A stretch of DNA of 64,000 nucleotides from Paraphysomonas bandaiensis (taxonomy: Eukaryota > Protista > Chrysophyceae): positions 581,416-645,415 of the forward strand of contig CBFFRP010000288.1 of the NCBI GenBank assembly GCA_965644295.1, written 5' to 3'. The notes under the pieces are model-generated. The model had not been told where the DNA came from, searched no databases, and saw only the letters and a program-made list of their open reading frames with translations. A program made the position numbers and the translations under genes. Shown in pieces: positions 40,430 through 51,586 of this stretch. Numbering within the stretch: position 1 is the stretch's first letter; each line of letters opens with the position of its first letter.

Positions 40430-40632
40430 CAGTGAATGTCTGGTTATTAGCAGTAGGCGTGTAAGAGTCAGAACCAATGTAGCTAATGAATTCAACTGAC
40501 TAGTGCTTAACTCTGATATCCTACTAAAGTTGCCTGTGCATCACTGTAAGCACCAAAGTGCTACGACTTTTGCTCTATCACTCAAAGCAAAGCTCTATCC
40601 CCGAGAACACCACGAAAAAGTGCAAGTTCGAC
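40430..40632 (-). repeat. Repeat family B copy 5 (inverted, internally deleted)
   Basis: Reverse complement reads GCACTTTTTCGTGGTG...GAGTGATAGAGC...TAGTAGGATATCAGAGTTAAGCAC...AGACATTCAC. Confidence 0.7.
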
Positions 40633-41238
40633 TTTGTTGAGGGTTTTCAACATAATATCCTTCTTCTGGAAATATTGGGCAACGATTTTGAGTGTTTCTG
40701 GAACCGATTGTACTGCATCGTTAATGGAACTGATGCAGGTGTCCTTTACCTCTCCAACCATTTTTCCAGTTTGTCCTTGTATTTGTTTTGGATATAGCGA
40801 TCGATGCTTTGTCGGGCTTCACTGGCCGTTAATCGAGGTTTTATATGGTTAATATAATATTTCAGAGTCACTGCTAGTGTTCCTATCATATCATTCGTTC
40901 ATGTAATACTCTTCATCACTACTGTATTCTTCAAGTAACGACAGTAATTCAAATACCTTAGAAATACAGCTTTTCGATGCTCACAAACAACACAAGTCAA
41001 CATTATCAACATATAATATTACATACCGTAAAGCTTAAAACAGCGACAGAGTTTTGAATCCTTAAAAAATGTTATATCTAGTTTAAAAGAATTGTTAGTT
41101 TTCATTTATATCAACAGTATTCAGAAACCTAAACTTAACTAAAATAATGTGTTGTATTATTATTCGCTACATGTACAGTAACCAATATAGCAACTATTTC
41201 GGCTGTATCGATTTACTGTTGCTCGCCCAATCAAGCTT

Positions 41239-42659
41239 TTACTTCCTAGAATCAGTAGTGTCAGTAGATTCCGCCTTCCTTATCTCAGGTAATAGAGCCT
41301 TTCGTGCTTCCGGTGTAGGGTTGGCAAGGTAGTGCTCGTACTTCTCGTATGTTGTCTCACGTCGCATTGCACGCTCTCTGAGCATTGATTTGATTTGCTC
41401 GCGACTCAGCTTACCAGAGAAATCCACATAATGGTCAGCCAGCACATCCCACTGGCTAAAAAGGAGGAATAATGATAACTCTAAGATTGAGAGACCACGA
41501 AATACAGACGCTTTGTACTTGACGAACTCTGACTCCTTCGATTTCTGATGCTCTGCCAGATCCTTGTAGTACACCCCAGGGTGATAGTGATGCGCCATAT
41601 GATCGTCTTCTCCAAAATAATCATCATCACCATCGATAATGGTGCTCGAGTTAACGCATGATATATTAATTCCATTTTCATCAAACTCAATAAATCCGTG
41701 AAACCCATAGTTCAGAAGGGCGAGGAAGTAGGTCATGCAAATGAAGGGTTGGATATAGATCCAGAAGACGAAGGAAGGGGAGCGGGTGATAGCCAAAAAA
41801 GCCACCGCAATAGACCAATAGGCAATCATACCTTTCCTAAGCATTTCTTTCTTGGCTTTGTGTCCGTGTGCGCCAAAGAACTTCAACGATGAGGCACCAC
41901 ACATGTGGTGTGCGATGCGATATATATACAACATAAAATGTGTTAAGTTAGTACGGTCAAGATCCCATTCATAGAATGTATCACCAATTCCACCGTCAAG
42001 ACGGTGGTGAATAAATACGTGAGATGTGGTGAAATTCCACGGAACATTTCCGAACATAGGGCCCAGTATATTCTCAAATATGTGTCCCACAGATTCACGT
42101 ATCCATTTCTTGTACAACCCTCTGTTGTGACCCTACGAGGAGCATTGTTAGTAACAGAAGAAGTCAAATATAAATGACAGTATATTCGAACCTCTTTATG
42201 AGCAAGTGCGTATGCAGCCCCCATGATGCGACCTCCAAACCCAACCCACGAGAAATAGTACATTGCAATTAGCCACCACGGCAAACATCCAGTTTTAAGT
42301 TGCCAGTAAAACACACATCCAATCGACACACTCGAGTTCAGCAGCAATATGACACTGGAAACAAAGAAGTCAGCGTGCTTCGGATTGGTGTATATGTAGT
42401 TCCCAGCGAAAGTACGAATGTATTTGTTATTGTCGAGGAACGTATATACTGGTAACAATACTTTGCAAAGCACATGTTTCCATAATAATCCCTGACAATT
42501 ATTTATCAAAGAAATGACGCATTTGGTACTAGCATATACCTGAACTACTATAGGGATAGACCAAAATATTACAAAGTTCACTGTGAACAAGAGCCCACAA
42601 ATAATTCGAAAGAGTTTCTCAGCAGGATTCATAGGTGCAAGATACCACTCCTTACTCAC
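41239..42659 (-). CDS. Membrane fatty-acid desaturase-like protein (His-box family), spliced; 5' end unresolved
   Basis: After splicing, ALAHKEGHNR, HVFIHHR and EDDHMAHHY His boxes with TM segments. Confidence 0.75.
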
Positions 42660-43069
42660 CTTAAAGCACCAACGACAACAATGACTTCGAAGGGTAGCAA
42701 CACTTACTGACTTCCAAGTTCTAGAGTTGTCACAAAAAGTTCAACACGTGGTTGACCATATGCATGAAATCCTGGTGCGGAATATGTTAAGGATTTTCTT
42801 CTACAAAATAATAAATTTCGAAGCTTTTTTTACCTCCTCTTGCGTACCATTTTTTTTCAGTCACATCCACTGCTTGTTGAAGGATACATATCATCATATC
42901 ATTTCCAATGTGACTGAAAAAAAATGGTACACACAGAAACTAGCCGTTGTACATTTCAACCCACACCACTCCATTCAATCACACTATCACTGAAGATTAT
43001 CAGTCTTGTGGAGATAGAAATATCAATCATTATTGCCACGTCGTAAACGAATTCCTCAAGATAATCGCA

Positions 43070-43934
43070 ATGGCAACTACTGCATGCTCATCAGGTAACC
43101 TGTGGTGTGAGCTTACTGTTCGAAGCGTTGTTAAATTTCACAGTTTTGCCAGATGGAAATGTCACAGTTGAAGAGTTTCTCAATGCCCACTGTAGCCGAA
43201 TTATCTCTGTACGATGCCAATTCTCATATAATACTATTTTTAACGCTACCTGTGCACACAGGACTTGTACTCCCATGGAGAAGAGATGGTCTCAAAACTT
43301 CGTGAGCAGCACAAGGAACGTGTTGCAGAAATTCAGACCATTCTATCAAAGAAATCAGAATGTAGTAAATAATATTGAAACTGTACAACACTAAATATTG
43401 TATTCATAGCCAACATTAAACTTTGCGTAACTTTAAAATGCATTGCCGGAGCTCACTTGGGACAAAGATTTCGCCTTGAACCAACCACGGTCTGACTCGA
43501 TATATGTATTCAAAATTCCCTGACTCTTTTACAGGATAGTGGAGAAGATATATTCAAAATGGGGCGGTCAACTGGCCGGCTATTTCGAGAGAAAGGTGTT
43601 AGTTTATACAAAGATAAGGAGATATCTACCACTCATGCTAAGGTTCTCCACTTCGTCAGCACCAACGTACATTTTAAAGTTTTTCTCTTCAGATTGAATT
43701 GAGAAATAGTCAAGTCTTTTTGGTTGATGTTGCCAGCACTAATGGTACTCAGATTAATGGGTGAGTTAATTTAATACTAGCTTATGTATTTGATATTGTG
43801 TGTTTAGAGGGGATGACATTGAAGCCCACTCCCCACATATGCTTCGCGAAGGCGATGTTATTACAATGGGAAGTACGGAATTACTGGTTGGTATATCGGA
43901 TATGGATGACATGGAAAACATCAGTCATTTGTGA
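43070..43934 (+). CDS. FHA-domain protein, spliced
   Basis: Exons give FKMGRSTG...KEISTTHAK...LVDVASTNGTQIN...LREGDVITMGST, the canonical FHA GR/SxxH/STNGT motifs. Confidence 0.75.
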
Positions 43935-44089
43935 AACCATAAAATACATAAGTTATTCATATTGAAAAGTGCACACTTGGAAAAATTTCGATGGTGCAAC
44001 AGGTAACCAAATAGTTACTGTGACGTATTTTTTAAATGATGGAAATTTCGTGATCAATGGAATGCTAAATAATGAAATAAGATTTAAGG

Positions 44090-45003
44090 TTAGTCTTGAT
44101 ATTTAGTAAGAATATACTTGATATTATTAGAGATAAAGATTGAACGATAAGGTCTAATAGTATAATAGCAAGACATGTTTGAGCAGAGCGTTAGCACCAC
44201 ACGTGTGCGTATCTTGTACAGTCGCGTATCATGTATAGTTTGGTAATTATTCAGTCTATTTGGTATTTCATTGTATACGTGTGTTGTATTCACGCGTTAA
44301 GAGATATACGTGAATCAATGACTCCTAATACTCCCCCTCAATGAAATAATCATATGACGTATACATAGATATATGAATATAGGTGTATATTTTTGGAGAT
44401 AGTTCTACTGAGGGTAAAACCCACGAGTACAATCACAGATTGTGGATTACACTGATGTCAACATAAAGCATACTCGTGGGAAACTCCGTAGATCTCTAAG
44501 TCATCCATCGTGGTCTCTTGGTTGAGTTCTCTGCCGGTGGGATAGATACTTTTGTTCTTTTATTGCTAGCAGGTATGTTGATACCTCCCCCCCCATTAGT
44601 GAATCCCGCAATCTGTGGAACGTGTTTGATGTGAGGGGTTTAGTTAGAATGTCGGCCAGCATCTCGTTTGTAGGCATGTAATCAACAATAATAGAGTGCG
44701 ATGCGACTTGTTCTCTTATGAAGTGATATCTAATGGCGATATGTTTTGTTCGTCGGTGGTGTACGGGGTTTAGGCATAGTTGAATTGCACCTTTGTTGTC
44801 ACACAATATGGTTGTTGAGTATGGCATGTGGAAGCCCAATTCCGAGAGTAGTGACCGTAGCCAAATAGCTTCTTGACATGCTGTTGATAGTGCCATGTAC
44901 TCCGCTTCTGTAGAGGATAGAAATGAGACAATTTCCAATAAAGAAGCAAAACGCTGTGGTCGACCTGCGAGTTAAGTTGCAGCGTGCCCAATCACTGTCA
45001 GCG
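44090..45003 (-). mobile_element. Ty1/copia 3' remnant (RNase H, PPT, probable LTR)
   Basis: ADSDWA...RRSTT, SSTEAEY, CDNKGAI, HRRTKHI and LADILTKPL; PPT GAGGGGGAG at 44339-44331. LTR end approximate. Confidence 0.85.
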
Positions 45004-45716
45004 TGTCTTCCAGACGTTGCATTTGACCACGAGACTATTCTAGATAGCCTGATTCGGTGGTTTGATGAGAAGGACTTCTTCTGGGATAGCACCAAGGGAC
45101 CTAATAAGGATGAGACTGGAACTCCAGCAGTTGCGGATGTTATGATGTATGATGACCGCAACATCACTCGCAAGCGGAAGGGACTTACTCGTGAGAAAAC
45201 GGTGAAGCCTAAGAGCATAAAGAAGCCTCGACCAGTGAAGAAGTCCACAATTAAAACTCGTGCTGTGAAGCAGGTAAAGAGATGTAATACATCAAGAATA
45301 ATTATTGTATTTAATTTGTGTAAAATGTGCAGATTGAGAATAAACAAGATGCGGGTGAGGACGTTGTTGTTGGGGATGTGGTCACTTCTGCTTCCAGTGA
45401 GCCCATACTGGGTGCACTACAAATGCAACTAGAGGAATCACGGGCGATGTGTCTAGCTATGCAGGAGGAGATAAAGAGAATGAAATCTGCGGCGCTACCT
45501 CCACCGAATCCTCCTACACCTGCACCGAATCCGCCTGCACCTGCACCGAATCCGCCTGCACCTGCACCGAATCCGCCTGCATCTCTTCCACCAGCTGAAA
45601 TTCTACGTGAACTTCCAGTCGTCGCTTCTCCTCCTCTAGTCGCGACGTCGACACCCCTGCAGCAGATTCCGTGTGTGGACAGACACAATGTGTTCGATGA
45701 GTACATGCAACAACAA
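45000..45716 (+). repeat. Dispersed repeat family C copy: unknown ORF with an in-frame 59-nt intron (45274-45332) and a 21-bp Pro-rich minisatellite
   Basis: CAG|GTAAAG...TGTGCAG|ATT joins frames 44923 and 45327; (CCGAATCCGCCTGCACCTGCA)n at about 45504-45585. Confidence 0.75.
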
Positions 45717-45783
45717 ATTATATATATATAAAAGATCTGATTATTACATGAGAGAACTTGTTGCATTTGTCTATCTATTATTC

Positions 45784-45966
45784 TAGACTAGTGATAACAC
45801 AGATTACGAAATGCTCAGTTGTCTCGGGACTGCTTGTGCATTGCTGCAAGCACCTTGGTGCAACCATCCCTTGTTTTACGTTTAGTCAGGTGATCTTCCT
45901 TTAGTCTATAGACATAAACTAGTTTCTGTACGCAACCGTACTCATGTAATAATCAGACTTTCATAT
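45784..45966. mobile_element. Short LINE 3'-end copy with an inverted 5' part
   Basis: 45784-45890 matches 21918-22040 in the same orientation; 45902-45966 is the reverse complement of about 21860-21925. Confidence 0.7.
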
Positions 45967-45979
45967 ATTTCATATATGA

Positions 45980-47420
45980 GGGGCCAAACGATGACAATGA
46001 CTACAGTGCATTCTCTGGGATGATCACAGACAATCACGTCCTACATACGGAACACGAGAAGCAGGACTTCGGCATTCTAGACTCTGGCTGCACAATATCA
46101 ATTACAGCAGCACGAAGCTTACTCTCCGAATTCACTTATGACCAAACCACAATTTACACCGCCAAATCAGGATCAGAAAAATGCAGGCATTGGGATACGG
46201 CAAGCTTGGACTGATCAGAAAGCGCAAGTTATTTCCAAATGCGTCAAAGACTTTAATTTCTATCAGCCAGTTGACAACAGACGCCGACTGCAACATAGTA
46301 TTCGAACGAAACGAGGCACGCATATACCACGATGGAATTTTGTTAACCACAGCCAGGAAACAAAAGGTCTATACGAGGTCAAATTATCCGATTTAGGTTA
46401 CATCCAAGACCAGTGCAACTTGGCATCTACATCCAGCGGTTCCTCAATTTCCCTGTGGCACATCGAAGGTTGACCCACGCATCCATTGGCTTAATTCAAA
46501 AAGCACTAAAGTTGAATCTTGTAAAAGGAATCACCATTTCAAAATCCGACCTGAGCTCGCCACAGCTACCAGAAGGCCTTTGTGATAGCTGCGCACAAGG
46601 CAAGGCTCACGGGAGGAAACATAGGCGCGAGACAAGGCAAATGATACCGACAAAAACCTCCAGCAATAGTCACAGGAAACACCGTAGTCTTCGGAGCTAC
46701 CGATGCAGCTTCTTCAAGATACAGTTGGACATTCTATGGAAAACACAGAACCGAGGACTTTGTCATTGAGTGCATTCCGAAAATTGTGGATTATCTGCAT
46801 TCGAAAGGCAAACGGCTAATACTCTATCATGCTGATGGTGGCCGTGAGCTAGTATCACATCGTGTACTGAACTTGCTGAGAAAATTAGGATCAACCTGGA
46901 CCTTCAACGCTCCATATACACGCCTGAAGACAACCCCATTCAAGAACGACCATGGCGCACGACCAAGGAAAGAACGCTTGCATCCATTTGCAACTCAGGC
47001 CTACCACCCAACTTCTGGGAACAGGCCATGTCCACCGTCACGCATATGAAAAATCGCCTGCCATGCGCCACTGCAAAGGGATTCATATCACCGTATCAGT
47101 TCATCCACGGCGAGGCCCCCGATTTATCTTACGCCAGGATGATTTGGGGCTGCAAATGCCATCATACATTCATAGACAAGTTTCAGAGAAGAAACGATTG
47201 GTCTCCACACCGCCATATTGGGTACTTCATGGGATACCGAGAGGATGGACCAGGGTACGTCTTATATGTACCTTCACTCAAGGACTTTGTTATCTCAAGT
47301 CACGTCTTTTTCAATGAGTGCATCCCCGACGTCAAAGAAAACTATTATTACGCTGAAATCGAATCATCACTGAGAGAAGAAAATTCAGAGAATCGAACAA
47401 CCGAGAGCTTCCAATACCTC
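45980..47420 (+). mobile_element. Degenerate Ty1/copia pol (protease, GAG-pre-integrase, integrase), interrupted by the endogenous virus
   Basis: ILDSGCT, LISISQL, HRRLTHA...CDSCAQGK, HADGGREL, GYFMGY and SSHVFFNE; the frame breaks abruptly after ESFQYL at 47420. Confidence 0.85.
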
Positions 47421-47890
47421 ACACACACACACACAGAAAGGCGGAAAGGGGAGCCGGGTCGTTCTGTGCCACTTAGGCATCCCTCCTGAGCCGGGAGGCT
47501 CTCCGTATAGTTATAAAACATTCGTTTTATAACTCTTCCTTATCACTCTAAGTATATTATTAATACTCTTATATAATACTATACTTTAAATACTAATATT
47601 AATAATCTATACTTTAAACTGTTTTATAATACTATATACTTTATACACTTTATACATTAAAAAGTAACACACCTGACAACATGGATAAAAAGGATAATAT
47701 TTTAAAGGATAATTAAAAAACTGGTATTAATAGTTTTGAAATTGAAAAATCCCCCCACACTGTCCAGCATGAATAAGTGATAGAGTCACAAGCATAGTTG
47801 AAGAGATGTAAAAGAGTGTGTGGAATGTGAAAAAGTGATAACGATTATAAAGTACAATCACACGCAAAAAACAATATACAAAATGGAACA
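47421..47890. repeat. Putative left terminal inverted repeat / origin region of the virus
   Basis: Non-coding: terminal (AC)n, a GC-rich block with hairpins, an 11-bp stem AGTTATAAAAC-ATTC-GTTTTATAACT (47509-47534) and imperfect TATACTTTA repeats. The partner TIR is not in the window. Confidence 0.6.
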
Positions 47891-47896
47891 GAGAGT

Positions 47897-48322
47897 TTAT
47901 ATATACACTTTCACATTCTCTCTATAGACTGTTATAATATTGCTTCTTTCATTGAGAACTGGTTTCTTTAGTTTCTTCGGTTTCTTTGGTTTCTTATCAG
48001 TTTCTTTCTTGATTGCTTCTTTTACTTTCGTTATATCATTAAGACAAGGAACAGTGTTTATATAGTGCTTTAACTTTTCAGTTGCTTCTTCTTTCGATTT
48101 AAACTCTTCAATGGTTACCAAGTTACAATACTTAACACCTCTTAAACTGAACAATTGAAATACTGGATGCGAAAACACTCCGTTTTTGTCATAACGATGC
48201 GTCATATACCTTTTTTTTAGGTAGAAATAACAAAATTTATAAGATTTTTTTGTTGATACTCCAAAATAGCAGTTTTTTGAGTTTCTATGACCTTGATATT
48301 GAATTCTATAGATAACATACAT
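47897..48322 (-). CDS. GIY-YIG-like endonuclease
   Basis: YVIYRI...CYFGVST...RYMTH...IEEF...HYI...LN pattern; basic tail. Confidence 0.6.
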   Translation of the reverse strand: MYVIYRIQYQGHRNSKNCYFGVSTKKSYKFCYFYLKKRYMTHRYDKNGVFSHPVFQLFSLRGVKYCNLVTIEEFKSKEEATEKLKHYINTVPCLNDITKVKEAIKKETDKKPKKPKKLKKPVLNERSNIITVYRENVKVYI

Positions 48323-48403
48323 ATATATATACATATGTTAGATAAAAATATTACTCTGTTGTTGAGTCAATCTGATATTAATATGAAATTAATATAAAAC
48401 TAT

Positions 48404-48859
48404 TTAATAAATATAAGTTTCACTTAATTTATTATTTAGTTTTGCAAATTCAATTCTTTGTTCTTCAACACTTTTAATTTGTGGTGGTATATATGTAAAT
48501 ACATCAATAATGTCTAAGAAATACAATCCATTTGAATGAAACCATTCCATATTAGCTTTATAAACAGAATGATGACAACGAAATTTCTTATACTTTGAAT
48601 CTTTTAAAACATTATATTTTCCATTGCTTGCATTATAATTACTTAAATCATCAATTTCAAAAGATTTTTCTTTACACATTGTCATTGAATCAGACAGAGC
48701 ACAATATACATATTTGTCATATAAACTTTCATTATTTAAATAGTCTTCAAGAGGTAATATGTATATGTCCAAGTTAGAATCAAACATAACATGAGGTGAT
48801 GTTTTAAAAATTTCTTTGTCTTCATTGGAATGAATAATTAATTTGATACATTTAATCAT
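48404..48859 (-). CDS. Hypothetical viral protein
   Basis: Intact ORF; the ATG at 48859 is preceded by the TATTATATAAG motif. Confidence 0.6.
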   Translation of the reverse strand: MIKCIKLIIHSNEDKEIFKTSPHVMFDSNLDIYILPLEDYLNNESLYDKYVYCALSDSMTMCKEKSFEIDDLSNYNASNGKYNVLKDSKYKKFRCHHSVYKANMEWFHSNGLYFLDIIDVFTYIPPQIKSVEEQRIEFAKLNNKLSETYIY

Positions 48860-48911
48860 CTTATATAATAATAACATATATTTTATTTTTAAAAAACTTA
48901 TTTATAAAATA

Positions 48912-49712
48912 TTACTCTGTTGTTGAGTCGAGACTCCATGTATCTCCAGTCAATCTGAAATTGATAGTATTGAACATAATATAACCTGCTGAGGCGATAA
49001 CAATCCTTATATATGAATATCTCTTTGTCGTTGTGACTGATTCAGTAAATAAAGTTGAATCTTGTGTTCCTGGAAATGCTACATCATCAATATAATTCCA
49101 AGTTGTGCCATCATCAGATCCTAATATATAGCATGCTTTCATTGTTCTCTCTTGTCCTGTATCTCTTTCTTGAGTTGATATAGATGTTAAACGAATTTTA
49201 TAAGGCAATTGAACTTGAACCCATTCACCGTCTATTGTTTGATTAGTGTCGTAGGTTGTTGAGAAATAGTAGTCTGTTCCATTGCTTCCAATATAGTTTC
49301 CTGTTGTTCCGTCATAAGCTTCACCAGAAGGCATGGTATGTAAAACGCCGTCTCTGTAATTGTCTATACCGTTCGGACCACTGTTATATCTGTTATTACC
49401 CCAGAACGTCTCATCACTATCATCAAATAATAAGTTACATGAATTTAAAGGATCGGCTGTTCTATATCTACCATATGAAGAACAAATCAAATTATAATCT
49501 CCATTTGCGTAAGCAGTTGAACCACTTCCACCAGAATAAGACTTTGTAATGTGAGTGTCAAAAACATCTTGACCGTTAAAAGCAGTTGGAAGACCTGTAA
49601 ACGATGTAGGGAAAGTAACATTTGTTTGATATTGTGTATTTGTGACACCTCCTCCTGTAACTTTGTATTTGTTGATGTGATTAGCAATGTTGATAATAGA
49701 AGATAATGACAT
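48912..49712 (-). CDS. Discoidin/F5-8 type C (galactose-binding-like) domain protein, possible virion attachment protein
   Basis: LLFDD..TFW...DGEWVQVQLPYKIRLTSI...ILGSDDGTTWNYI...YSYIRIVI. Confidence 0.7.
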   Translation of the reverse strand: MSLSSIINIANHINKYKVTGGGVTNTQYQTNVTFPTSFTGLPTAFNGQDVFDTHITKSYSGGSGSTAYANGDYNLICSSYGRYRTADPLNSCNLLFDDSDETFWGNNRYNSGPNGIDNYRDGVLHTMPSGEAYDGTTGNYIGSNGTDYYFSTTYDTNQTIDGEWVQVQLPYKIRLTSISTQERDTGQERTMKACYILGSDDGTTWNYIDDVAFPGTQDSTLFTESVTTTKRYSYIRIVIASAGYIMFNTINFRLTGDTWSLDSTTE

Positions 49713-49760
49713 TGTATATATATATATGTTAGAAATAATTATATAATGTATTATTATATA

Positions 49761-50813
49761 ATGAGTATTTATCCAAAGCCGAAACCTTCAAATGGAGTGT
49801 TCAATCCTTCAAATTACACATATATAAAAGATAGTATTGTTGATATTGACTTAACAGGATATATTCAAAAGAGTGGAGATGTTATGAGTGGAACACTTGT
49901 TACACCATCTTTAAACTTATATGGAGATGGACAATTGTCATTCAATGATAACTCAATACAAACAACAGCAATGACAGATAGTTTGAAAGCAGATATTGAA
50001 ACTAGCAAAACAAAGACAACTAATCTAGCTTATGATGGAACGAATACATCAATCTCTGGAAGTGTAGAAGTATCAAAAATAATATTTCCTGATTCAAGTG
50101 AACAAACTGTAGCATTCACAAATGGATTGAAAACGACATATGATAACTATGAAACAAACAAACAAGATTTAATAACAGCAGGGAACAGAATAGATTGTAG
50201 TTTGATAGGAAATGGACTAATAACAAATAATGAATTAGATAAACTAAATAATGTTTCATCAAATATTCAAAATCAATTAGATGCTTTAGGACATGGGTTA
50301 GGAAGTATATCAAAAACTTATGAATTTGACAAAGGTGAAATGATAGGGTATAATTCAACGAATATGACTAATGGTAATATATCTGGAATAGTTAGCGTCG
50401 GTTCTGGTGTTTTATATGCATCACATAATCCAACTCACACATCAGAATATAATATATTAGCCCCATATATTCCGCCTGTTGATGATTTATTTGATTCATT
50501 CGGATATATAAAAAAGTTAGGTAGATATTTAGTTATTCATCAATGGGAATTAGGAACTCTTGAATCTATAAATCATTTCTTTACTCACATTGAATTACAT
50601 AAAAATGATGTTTTACATAAGAAGTCTCGGGTATCGGGTGAACACTGGAATTCTAATCGTGGTTCTATTGAATACATCACAGGTGAAACTACATTTTATA
50701 TTACAGTGGATGAGTTATCAACATATTCACTATTCTTTAAGACTGATTATGATTTTGACGGTGCAAACAGTGATACAGTTTTAAAATCAACTATAGAGAT
50801 AGTTCAAATATAA
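49761..50813 (+). CDS. Fibre-like virion protein 1
   Basis: N-terminus MSIYPKPK...FNPSNY, YIQKSGDVMSGTL fibre motif, FxDxSxQTxA repeats, SSNIQNQLD and a beta-rich head. Confidence 0.65.
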   Translation: MSIYPKPKPSNGVFNPSNYTYIKDSIVDIDLTGYIQKSGDVMSGTLVTPSLNLYGDGQLSFNDNSIQTTAMTDSLKADIETSKTKTTNLAYDGTNTSISGSVEVSKIIFPDSSEQTVAFTNGLKTTYDNYETNKQDLITAGNRIDCSLIGNGLITNNELDKLNNVSSNIQNQLDALGHGLGSISKTYEFDKGEMIGYNSTNMTNGNISGIVSVGSGVLYASHNPTHTSEYNILAPYIPPVDDLFDSFGYIKKLGRYLVIHQWELGTLESINHFFTHIELHKNDVLHKKSRVSGEHWNSNRGSIEYITGETTFYITVDELSTYSLFFKTDYDFDGANSDTVLKSTIEIVQI

Positions 50814-50859
50814 AAGAATCAATATATTTTTCTAAACAATGTTATATATACAGTATAAG

Positions 50860-51552
50860 ATGGTTGATATAGTAAATTTTTATGAATTAGATGAAGTGAA
50901 AGCCTTTCAAACAGAATCTATCAATCCTAACTATGGAAAACATGGAATCAAAGTTCCTTTCAGAATGTTAATCGTTGGAGCATCTGGAGCCGGTAAGTCG
51001 AATATCGTTTTGAATATGATTCGTGTTATGAATAATACTTTTCACAAGATTATATTATACACAAGGAACAAGAAGGAGCCATTATACGAATACTTAGAAA
51101 GTAAATTAGATGATGATGACTTATTTGAAGTTCACGAAGGTTTAGAGCATTTAAGAAGTGTTAACATTGACAAAGAGTATTTTGGTCAAACATTAATAAT
51201 ATTTGATGACTTAGTTAATGAGAAGAATCAAGATATAATAGGTGAAATGTTCTTAAGAGGTCGTAAAATTGGTGTATCATTGATGTATTTGACTCAGAAA
51301 TACGCACAAGTTCCAACACTAGTTAGAGAGCAATTAAACTATTTGATAATGAAGAAGATATCAGGCAAAAGAGATATAACATATTTGATGAGAAATCACG
51401 CTTTAAGTGGAGATATTAAACAACTTTTAAACATGTATAAGTATTGTGTAAACAAAGACATAAAAGACTTTTTGCTTATAGACTTAGAAGCACCAAGTGA
51501 GAGAGCATTCAGAAAGAACTTTAACGAAATCTTAAATATAGAAGCATTTTAA
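50860..51552 (+). CDS. A32/FtsK-like genome packaging ATPase
   Basis: Walker A GASGAGKS, Walker B LIIFDD, RGRK.GVS..YLTQ and P.LVR. Confidence 0.95.
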   Translation: MVDIVNFYELDEVKAFQTESINPNYGKHGIKVPFRMLIVGASGAGKSNIVLNMIRVMNNTFHKIILYTRNKKEPLYEYLESKLDDDDLFEVHEGLEHLRSVNIDKEYFGQTLIIFDDLVNEKNQDIIGEMFLRGRKIGVSLMYLTQKYAQVPTLVREQLNYLIMKKISGKRDITYLMRNHALSGDIKQLLNMYKYCVNKDIKDFLLIDLEAPSERAFRKNFNEILNIEAF

Positions 51553-51586
51553 TAAAATATAATGTGTTTGTATTATATATAGAAAC

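Noticed and set aside
44799-45432. Overlapping ORFs 44799..45347(-) and 44923..45432(+) as genes
   Set aside because: They span the junction of a copia remnant and repeat C, so they are chimeric.
47028-47489. ORF 47028..47489 as a real gene with a THTHT tract
   Set aside because: Chimeric read-through from copia integrase into the viral (AC)n terminus.
47436-47505. Terminal GC-rich structure as a hammerhead ribozyme or tRNA
   Set aside because: No CUGANGA/GAAA core arrangement and no cloverleaf consensus.
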